From an uncultured virus (IMG/VR IMGVR_UViG_2837229570_000001) (taxonomy: Duplodnaviria > Heunggongvirae > Uroviricota > Caudoviricetes): a stretch of 64,000 nt of DNA. The stretch is taken from IMG/VR virus record IMGVR_UViG_2837229570_000001. The stretch is one strand, 5' to 3'. The number at the start of each line of letters is the position of its first letter. Position 1 is the first letter of the stretch. A program made the position numbers and the translations under genes. Positions 57,044 through 64,000 of the stretch are shown one piece after another. The notes beneath the pieces were generated by a model. It had not been told where the DNA came from. It did not search any database and saw nothing but the letters and a program-made list of their open reading frames with translations.

Positions 57044-57701
57044 TTATTCGGAATTAGTGCGGCAATCTCCTGCCCATTGGCTTGCCATCGCTTCGGCAAA
57101 TCCTTTGCAAAGTTTGCTTCTATTGGCCTGCCGATCTTTTCCACCTTTCATAAACCATGTTCCTGCTTCATGGCAGTTACATTCCGGGATTACGATATTG
57201 GTTGGTATAAGTTCAGGGAGGCCGTACAGCCATAGGAGCGTTTTTTTACTCCATTTGTGGCCGAATTGAAACGGTTGAATTGCCTGCGTCGGCGGGGGGT
57301 ATTCAAATATCTTTGATGGCGTAGGGTTTTCGATTGCAATTTTCTCGCACTCGGCGTGGCGTATTGCTTCAAACAGCGCCTTACCACACATGCCCTTGTA
57401 GTATCGTTCAACATTCAGGTGATGGTGCCGGAACAGGTGCTTTGCGCCTGCATTTGTGGTATAGGTGCAGGGAGGAAAGGCAATAATCATATCCCATTGC
57501 CCGTTAATAACTACCTGCACCCCCCCCCCGCGTGGTAAAGCTGCAGTTCCCATTAAGGAGGGGGAGGCAATCGCCTTGAATGTGCCATTCGTCATGTCCC
57601 CCGGAGCACGGGAGGATGTCGCAGCTATATGCTTCATGTCCAAGCTCCCTTAATGCTATCGTGACCGCTTGGCTTTCCTCGCAAGCAACTAACACCCTCA
57701 T
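57044..57701 (-). pseudogene. C5-cytosine methyltransferase-like gene split at a G10 tract (possibly phase-variable)
   Basis: MRVLVACEESQ..SCD half and FPPCT..IENP..K.T.LW half lie in different frames; C10 at 57520-57529. Confidence 0.8.
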
Positions 57702-58267
57702 TTTCCCGTTACCTCATCACAATGCGTCGCCATCATGTCAGCGAAGTGCAGGAGCATCGCCAGCGGGCAGGCATCGTATGCCTTGCCCAGCGTGTTCCAA
57801 TCTCTTTCTCCGCTGTACGCGCCCATGTGCCAGCGGATTGCCAGCGTTTCATCGTGGGACAGTCTGATAAACTGTTGTGCAATGATAACGCTTTCCTCGC
57901 CATGCCCCAGCAGGCGGGTGTCGTCATAGGTGTACTTCCCGTTGTCCCCAGCGCGGTACTTCCCGATCTTGCACAGGTCATGGAGTAGCGCCGCTACCAT
58001 AGCTTCTTTGGCGTTCACAGCCATAAACGCCGGGGTGTTGCACAGATCGCTCGCGTTCATCGCCACATTGATGGTGTGGCGGCACAGCCCGCCGGGCGTG
58101 TTCAGGTGGTGGCGGGCGCTGGCAGGGGCGGTAAAGAATCCAGCCGATTCCATCCACAGCAGCAGCGCCTTTGCGCCGGGCCGGTCGCCCAAGCACTCCG
58201 CATACATAAGGCGATACTGCTTTTCCGCATCCATTTCAGCGAAATCCATATCAGCAACAATATCCAT
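57698..58267 (-). CDS. HD-domain phosphohydrolase
   Basis: FF.APAS.RHH..GGL..H, LLHDLCK, GHGEES, IRWHMG and ADM motifs. Confidence 0.85.
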   Translation of the reverse strand: MDIVADMDFAEMDAEKQYRLMYAECLGDRPGAKALLLWMESAGFFTAPASARHHLNTPGGLCRHTINVAMNASDLCNTPAFMAVNAKEAMVAALLHDLCKIGKYRAGDNGKYTYDDTRLLGHGEESVIIAQQFIRLSHDETLAIRWHMGAYSGERDWNTLGKAYDACPLAMLLHFADMMATHCDEVTGK

Positions 58268-58268
58268 G

Positions 58269-58757
58269 TCAATCCTCCTTTGGCTTCTCTCGGTAGGCAA
58301 GCCATGTCTTTCCGTATTCAGCAAAGCTAAATTTGTAGCGAGAATAACTCATGTTGTCCGTTGGAGGAAGCTGTGTACCAAAAGTCGGTTGTGGATAGCA
58401 AACCCACACAACGCCGTCAATCTGCCGTAGCTCGTCCAGCGTCAGCGGCACATTGAAAGCGTTGCGATTTGTCACGGTTTCCCGCCCGGCGATAGCAACG
58501 CTCAATTCCGACTTGCTATCGTGCAGTTCCTTGACCAGCGCCGCTTTCTCGTCAGTCAGATTCTCGATCATCCGCCGCAGCGCCGCATTTTCGGTCAGTA
58601 AATTTTCGATGGCATCCGCCGCCGCGATGCTGACTTTGTTTGCGCACTCGCACAGATCATCGGCAGGGTCGTTGCAGGGACATTCTTCACATGAGCTGTT
58701 GACCGCCGAGCAAAGGCGCAAGGCTTTCACGATTTCCGCGTAATCTCCCACGCTCAC
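58269..58757 (-). CDS. Hypothetical phage protein
   Basis: ALR.C..C.ECP..AADAIE; PLTLDELR..YGKTWLAY. Confidence 0.6.
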   Translation of the reverse strand: MSVGDYAEIVKALRLCSAVNSSCEECPCNDPADDLCECANKVSIAAADAIENLLTENAALRRMIENLTDEKAALVKELHDSKSELSVAIAGRETVTNRNAFNVPLTLDELRQIDGVVWVCYPQPTFGTQLPPTDNMSYSRYKFSFAEYGKTWLAYREKPKED

Positions 58758-59077
58758 GCCCCCTGTTCCTGCTCCGCAAAATAGCGCTTCCACTCCTGAC
58801 GGCGGCGTTCCTCCCGCATCGGTGCCTCCCGCTCCCACTGTTCCTGCCGTGCCTGCAGCTTGCGCAGGCGGAAAATGCAGCGTTCAAGACCACAGACAAC
58901 AGCCCAGAGGCAGCGAATCAGCGCGCCGCAGCCCACCATTGCCAGCACTACCAGCCAAAGTGGGGTGCCGCCCTCCGCCCACGCTTCCGGCAGGCAGATG
59001 ATGAACAGCCCGGCCAGAATGACGCAGCATTTCACGCTCTCACGCAGAGCGCACAGCCAAAAGATTTTGCGTTTCAT
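58754..59077 (-). CDS. Small membrane protein
   Basis: Two hydrophobic helices. Confidence 0.55.
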   Translation of the reverse strand: MKRKIFWLCALRESVKCCVILAGLFIICLPEAWAEGGTPLWLVVLAMVGCGALIRCLWAVVCGLERCIFRLRKLQARQEQWEREAPMREERRRQEWKRYFAEQEQGA

Positions 59078-59437
59078 TGTGCTTCCTCCTTATTTTGGGG
59101 ACACCATGCCGGGATGTAGGGCAGGAATCGTTCAACTCCCACCACATATCCACAAGTGCTTCCCGGTGCAAAGCACCGAAAAGCCGTCTTTATTGGTGTC
59201 CATTCTTCCATCTTGATGAAACCGCAGCCCTCGCAGGTCTTTGAAAAGTCGGCCATACCGCCGCGATTATGTATGCTCATTCTGGCGCTCCCGCTCGGCT
59301 TTCCACTTTTCGTAGGCAGCCTGATTTTTCGGGTCGCTGTAAAACCTGTCCATCAGGGCGATCAAACTCCGCGCCTGCCACACGCCGATGATCGGCGGGC
59401 GTTCGGCGGTTATTGCCTGCGGCATTGTCAGCCCTCC

Positions 59438-59602
59438 TTATGCGCCCTGCCGGGCTTCGCTTCCCGCTTTCGCGGCTTCGGCTGCTGTCCCATGAACAAG
59501 GGCGGCTCCCTCGATGATGTAGCCCACTCTTTCCTGCACCGATTCGGGCAGCTTCTTCAACTGCTCGACCATGCGGCGAGCATCCATTTCCTTTTCGCTC
59601 AT
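59438..59602 (-). CDS. First lytic-direction small gene (not in the ORF track)
   Basis: AGGAGG RBS; MSEKEMDARRMVEQLKKLPESVQERVGYIIEG. Confidence 0.6.
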   Translation of the reverse strand: MSEKEMDARRMVEQLKKLPESVQERVGYIIEGAALVHGTAAEAAKAGSEARQGA

Positions 59603-59629
59603 TGCAAACCCTCCTTTTTGGCTTGTCTT

Positions 59630-59734
59630 GTGTCCTATGCCAACCTTGTACCCCCATTATAGTAACCTCTGCCAACTTTGTCAACCCCTTTTTCACATTT
59701 ACCAGTTGACTTTGCCAACATTCTGCATTATACT
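59630..59734. promoter_or_regulatory. Divergent immunity promoters with GTTGAC-N3-GCCAAC-like operators
   Basis: Minus strand TTGACA(59684-59679)-17-TATAAT(59661-59656). Plus strand TTGACT(59706)-17-TATACT(59729). GCCAAC half-sites at 59639, 59671 and 59714. Confidence 0.8.
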
Positions 59735-59759
59735 GTTGTCAAGAAAAGGGGTGAAACGA

Positions 59760-60233
59760 ATGAACGACAGAGTAAAAGAGTTGCGCGCGGCACTTTCTCT
59801 TACATCAGAGGCTTTCGGCGCTCGATTGGGTGTAACAAAGGCTGCTATCAGTAAAATCGAAAACGGCTCGCGCTCCGTCACCGATCAAATGGTTCTCTCT
59901 ATTTGCCGGGAATTTAATGTTAATGAAGCATGGCTGCGCAGTGGGCAGGGTTCCATGTTCCGGCAGGATAGCCAAAGCGTTCTCGACCGAATGGCAGACG
60001 AATACAGCCTGACCCGCCGCGAGCGCGCTGTGATCTCCGCCTTTTTGGAGCTTGATTCTACTGACCGCGCCGCCGTTATGCGCTATGTTGATAATCTGGT
60101 AGATAAGCTGGCACCGACCAGCGCCACCGTTGATGATGCCACCGCCGCCGGGATTGCAGCAATGCAAGACTACGCCCGCATGGTGGCCGAGGAAAAAGAA
60201 GCGGAGGAAAGATCGTCCACATCCGCCGGGTAA
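59760..60233 (+). CDS. XRE-family prophage repressor
   Basis: RVKELR..L.LT..FGARLGVTKAAISKIENG..IC.EFNVNE.WLR.G.G.MF. Confidence 0.88.
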   Translation: MNDRVKELRAALSLTSEAFGARLGVTKAAISKIENGSRSVTDQMVLSICREFNVNEAWLRSGQGSMFRQDSQSVLDRMADEYSLTRRERAVISAFLELDSTDRAAVMRYVDNLVDKLAPTSATVDDATAAGIAAMQDYARMVAEEKEAEERSSTSAG

Positions 60234-60330
60234 TGTTGGATAACGCCGTGAACGATTGGCGGCGCAGGCATAAAAAATAGCCCGCCGGGAAGATTCCCAG
60301 CGGGCTTAATTTTACATAGGGGGTAATCCA

Positions 60331-60933
60331 ATGCGTAAAATATGTTCTATGATAATCGCTTGCTTTTTCGTTTGTAGCTTGTTGGCCGGATGCGGCGGCA
60401 GCAATAAAATCTCTCCGCCGTTCTCGGTTGAAGAGCGAACAGGCTACACCGCCGAAGAAGCCATTTCCTTGTTTGAGGATGCCGGTTTTATCAACATTTC
60501 AACCGAAACGGTTTCCACTATATCAAGCAGCAAGATTGGTAAAGTTGATATGGTTACGATTGACGGCAGCTATACTTTTGGGAAGTACAGCAGTTTTGCG
60601 CCGGATGTCCCGGTTGTTATTTCCTATTATGTGGAGCTGGAAAGGACTGCGCCACAGGATGAAAACCCTGACCAGCGCTATGCTGACCGTCTGGACTATA
60701 CCTTGGAGCAATACACCAGCATGAAAGCCGCCCTTATCGCCTGCGGCGTAACCGAAAACGATGTCAAAGCCGTTGCGCGCATCGGTAGTCACGAAGCCTG
60801 CCTTGTTCTTGGCAACTATTCTTTTACTATCAACTTCAATAATGACTACGAATGTGTGCAGATATGCAATGCTGATGCCGTATTTTATGAAGCCGGTGAA
60901 GTCCTGCTTCTTATTTCTGAATACATCAAGTAG
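60331..60933 (+). CDS. Lipoprotein (lysogenic conversion / superinfection-exclusion candidate)
   Basis: Signal peptide with LAGC lipobox; lower GC; lies between the repressor and integrase genes. Confidence 0.65.
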   Translation: MRKICSMIIACFFVCSLLAGCGGSNKISPPFSVEERTGYTAEEAISLFEDAGFINISTETVSTISSSKIGKVDMVTIDGSYTFGKYSSFAPDVPVVISYYVELERTAPQDENPDQRYADRLDYTLEQYTSMKAALIACGVTENDVKAVARIGSHEACLVLGNYSFTINFNNDYECVQICNADAVFYEAGEVLLLISEYIK

Positions 60934-60944
60934 GGGAGATTGGG

Positions 60945-62537
60945 ATGGCAAAGAAAAAAGAAAGCCCCGCCGCCGGTGAGCGCCTTGCGGCGTACTACCG
61001 ATACAGCGGGGGAGGCGGGCAGACCGAACAGAGCATAGAGGGCCAGCGCCGGGATTGCGAGGCATGGGCAAAAGCCCACGGCATGACGATCTGCCGGGAG
61101 TATATCGACCGGCATATCTCCGGCAAGACGGATAACCGCGCGCAGTTTCAGCGCATGATGGAGGACAGCGACAAGCACGCCTTTGACATCCTGATCTGCT
61201 GGAAAACTGACCGTCTCGCCCGGAACCGCTACGACAGCGCCATTTATAAAAGCCGCCTGCGGAAAAACGGGATAAAGATCGTCTATGCCGCCGAAAGCTC
61301 CGTGGATGGCCCGGAGGGCATCATTCTGGAGGGCTTGATGGAAAGCCTCGCGGAGTATTATAGCGCAGAGCTGTCTCAAAAGCTCCGGCGCGGCATCCGT
61401 GAAAGCGCCTTGAAATGTCATTCTCTCGGCGGCTACCATGCCCTCGGCCTGACCTCCAACAAGAACCATGAATTTGTGATCGACGAAACGCAGGCCCCGA
61501 CTGTGCGCTATATCTTCCAACAGTACGCCGCCGGGCAGTCCTCCGCCGCCATCGTCGCCGATCTCAACGCCAAGGGCAAGCGCACGGCCACCGGCGGGGT
61601 GTTCAACAAAAACAGCATCATGCGCATTGTCACCAATGAGCAGTATATCGGCACCTATATCAGCAAGGCCCACAATGTCCGGGTGGAGAACGCCATCCCC
61701 GCCATTATCGACCGGGAGCTATGGGACAAGGTGCAGGCAATGGTGCAGTATAACCGGGCAGGGAGAGCGCCGCACACCAAGCGCGCCAATTATATGCTTT
61801 CCGGCAAGCTGTTTTGTAAGCTCTGCGACAGCTCTATGAAAGGTATCTCCGGCACCGGCAAGCACGGCGAGAAGCACTATTACTACGCCTGTTCAAAGCA
61901 CACCATCCACCAGTGCGAAAAACACAATATCGAAAAGAGCTATCTTGAAAACCTGATTGCCTCCGCCACCGCTGATTATATCCTTGCCCCCGGCAAGCTG
62001 GAACAGATCGCCGACCGGGTGATTGCCGTCCAGCTCGCCGACCAGCACCGGGAAAATCCCGAAAAAGAAATGTTGGAAGCGGAACTGTCCGAAAATGTCC
62101 GAAAGCAAGATAACATCATGCGCGCCATTGAGGACGGAACCGGCAGCGCCCGGCTCTCTGCCCGGCTGCGTGATCTCGAAGAACAGGAAAGCATACTGCG
62201 CGCCCAACTGGCCGCCATTGATGAACCCGCCGCCGCGCCGGTCTATGACCGTGACCAGCTCATTTTTATGCTGTCCCAATTCCAGCGCGGCCCGGACGAA
62301 CAGGACGAGGAATACAAGCAGCGGCTCATAGATACTTTTGTCCATGCCGTCTATCTCACTGACGAAATAGCCTTTGTGCAATTTAACATAACCGACCCCG
62401 AAAAAGCAGAAAGCACCACGCTCGAAAGCGTGATGCTTGATCTGCTCCACGGTAAACCCATCGCGGAAAACCCCAGTAATTCGGGGCTTTCCGCCGGGTT
62501 CGACCGGGTTTCACTTGGTGGAGGCGGGGGGAGTTGA
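60945..62537 (+). CDS. Large serine recombinase (integrase)
   Basis: AYYRYS..QTEQSIEGQ, DRLARN, LSGKLFC..C and YYYAC motifs; the stop codon lies within tmRNA. Confidence 0.93.
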   Translation: MAKKKESPAAGERLAAYYRYSGGGGQTEQSIEGQRRDCEAWAKAHGMTICREYIDRHISGKTDNRAQFQRMMEDSDKHAFDILICWKTDRLARNRYDSAIYKSRLRKNGIKIVYAAESSVDGPEGIILEGLMESLAEYYSAELSQKLRRGIRESALKCHSLGGYHALGLTSNKNHEFVIDETQAPTVRYIFQQYAAGQSSAAIVADLNAKGKRTATGGVFNKNSIMRIVTNEQYIGTYISKAHNVRVENAIPAIIDRELWDKVQAMVQYNRAGRAPHTKRANYMLSGKLFCKLCDSSMKGISGTGKHGEKHYYYACSKHTIHQCEKHNIEKSYLENLIASATADYILAPGKLEQIADRVIAVQLADQHRENPEKEMLEAELSENVRKQDNIMRAIEDGTGSARLSARLRDLEEQESILRAQLAAIDEPAAAPVYDRDQLIFMLSQFQRGPDEQDEEYKQRLIDTFVHAVYLTDEIAFVQFNITDPEKAESTTLESVMLDLLHGKPIAENPSNSGLSAGFDRVSLGGGGGS

Positions 62538-62871
62538 ACCCCCGTCCGAAAACGTTTGAACGGGAACTTCTCCGGGCGCAGACGGTTTTTTAAGATTCCC
62601 TTCCCCAAGCGCGAGCCGTCACGCTCAGAGGGTCGGTAGCTTCATGATGCATGGTGCGCTCAAAGCTTTGCGCACGCACGGTCCCCACTCAAATGACGCC
62701 CCAATCCGGCTCGTGGGCCTTCCGGTTGGAACGGTCGCGGGCTAGTTAGGCCGCGACGAGTTCGCAGTTATCGTTGTTCTTTAATTTATAAAGAGTGCCC
62801 GTTTTTAGAAGGTCAGGCGCCTTCGCCCGCTATTCCCGCCTCCGCGTCCCCGTCGAAACCGGTACGCCCCC
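62516..62871 (-). ncRNA. ssrA: tmRNA; tag peptide (A)KNNDNCELVAA
   Basis: 5' GGGGGCG pairs with CGCCUCC-ACCA including G3.U; GGUUUCGAC 5' motif; T-arm GGGGGUUCAACUCCCC; smpB nearby. Confidence 0.95.
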
Positions 62872-62879
62872 ATGTCGTC

Positions 62880-63036
62880 GGAGCAAGCTGCGCTCCGTTT
62901 CATCCGCCTAACGGCGGATATACACTCTGCTCCGCTGCTCCGACTCTCCCCGGCAAAGCCGCATTGCTGGGCTCCGCCGGGGTAACGTGGGAACGGGAGC
63001 AAGCTGCGCTCCGTTTCATCCGCCTGACGGCGGAAA
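62880..63036. repeat. REP-like palindromic direct repeat (2 copies)
   Basis: GGAGCAAGCTGCGCTCCGTTTCATCCGCCT(A/G)ACGGCGGA at ~62880 and ~62996. Confidence 0.7.
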
Positions 63037-63059
63037 AACCAAAATTGACGGCTGCCGCC

Positions 63060-63581
63060 TCAGGCCTTCTCCGGCGCGGGATAGTCCACACCGAAGGTCT
63101 CCACGGTGACGGCCTTGATCCGCTGCTCCGCCCGGGGGCGGTCCATGCGGTCCCGGGGCTGGTTCACGATGGCGTCGGCCACGTCCATGCCCTCGGTCAC
63201 CTTGCCGAAGGCCGCGTACTCCCCGTCCAGGTGGGGGGCCTTCTCCACCATGATGAAGAACTGGCTCCCGGCGGAGTTGGGGTTCATGGCCCGGGCCATG
63301 GACAGCACGCCCCGGTCATGCTGGAGGCTGTTCGAAAAGCCGTTGTGGCTGAACTCCCCGCGGATGGAGTAGCCGGGGCCGCCCATGCCGGTGCCGTCCG
63401 GACAGCCGCCCTGGATCATGAAGCCGGGGATCACCCGGTGGAAGATGAGCCCGTTATAAAAGCCGGACTGCACCAGGCTGACAAAATTGTTGACGGTGTT
63501 GGGGGCCACCTCGGGATAGAGTTCGGCCACCATCTTTCCGCCGTTTTCCATCTCAATGGTCACAATGGGGTTCTGGGCCAT
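63060..63581 (-). CDS. Cyclophilin-type peptidyl-prolyl isomerase
   Basis: FHRVIPGFMIQGG, LSMAR, SAGSQFFI and LDGEYAAFG motifs. Confidence 0.93.
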   Translation of the reverse strand: MAQNPIVTIEMENGGKMVAELYPEVAPNTVNNFVSLVQSGFYNGLIFHRVIPGFMIQGGCPDGTGMGGPGYSIRGEFSHNGFSNSLQHDRGVLSMARAMNPNSAGSQFFIMVEKAPHLDGEYAAFGKVTEGMDVADAIVNQPRDRMDRPRAEQRIKAVTVETFGVDYPAPEKA

Positions 63582-63660
63582 GGGAAACACTCCTTTCTGT
63601 TGGGGGAGTATCGTAGAATACCACACTCCCCATGCCGTGTCAAGTGAGAATATGTGGATC

Positions 63661-64000
63661 TTACCGGCGCCGTTCCTTCAGGGTGCGGTCCATCTCCCGC
63701 TTGGCGTCCCGGGCGGCGGCGGCAGAGCGCTTGTCGTAGAGCTTTTTGCCCTTGCACAGGCCCACCGACAGCTTGATGTGGGGCCCGCGGAAATAGACCG
63801 ACAGGGGCACCAGAGCGTAGCCGTCCTGCTTCACCTTGGCGTAGAGCCGGAGAATCTCCCGCTTGTGCATCAGCAGGCGGCGGGGGCGCACCGGGTCCCG
63901 GTTGAAGATATTCCCCTTCTCATAGGGGCTCACATGGAGGCCGTGGACCATCATCTGCCCGTCCTTGATGATGCAGAAGGAGTCCTTCAGATTCACATTG
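63661..64000 (-). CDS. smpB: SsrA-binding protein (5'-truncated by the window)
   Basis: HVSPYEKGN..DP.R.RRLLMHKREI..GKKLYDKR. Confidence 0.95.
   Translation of the reverse strand, partial: NVNLKDSFCIIKDGQMMVHGLHVSPYEKGNIFNRDPVRPRRLLMHKREILRLYAKVKQDGYALVPLSVYFRGPHIKLSVGLCKGKKLYDKRSAAAARDAKREMDRTLKERRR

Larger units (their letters stand above)
12492..62523. mobile_element. Apparently complete ~50 kb temperate prophage (contractile tail) integrated at the tmRNA 3' end
   Basis: Integrase, immunity, replication, packaging, head, tail and lysis modules, bounded by the direct repeat TGGTGGAG at 12492-12499 and 62516-62523. Confidence 0.92.

Noticed and set aside
12654..62500. Second DGR target (additional VR)
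   Set aside because: None noticed by eye; a local alignment of the TR against the whole genome is needed to exclude one

Overview
The window looks like DNA from a gut Firmicute, probably Oscillospiraceae-like (inferred from gene content, not searched), and has three parts. (1) 1-~12490 is the end of an ICE-like conjugative element. All its genes are on the minus strand: SpoVG, DUF3849-like, a Dam-type methylase, four ArdA-like acidic proteins, DUF4314-like and DUF4240-like. Most of them end in a Met-rich tail. (2) 12492-62523 is an apparently complete ~50 kb prophage with a lambda-like head and P2-like contractile tail. A large serine recombinase inserted it at the 3' end of tmRNA, leaving an 8-bp TGGTGGAG repeat. 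(3) Host ssrA, a cyclophilin gene and partial smpB. Four features of the prophage stand out. First, an opposite-strand accessory operon (41.7-46.7 kb) has genes separated by two twister-sister ribozymes and by three copies of an unrecognised, covarying ~45-nt pseudoknot-like motif that is a candidate ribozyme; its two promoters share a palindromic operator and it ends in an RHH regulator. Second, attP lies inside the integrase gene, so excision swaps a 4-aa C-terminus for a 30-aa one. Third, a diversity-generating retroelement shows 15/15 adenine-specific TR/VR differences, a YMDN reverse transcriptase and no avd gene. Fourth, two adjacent DNA-modification genes are frameshifted at poly-G tracts. 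All assignments come from reading the sequence by eye; no database search was run.
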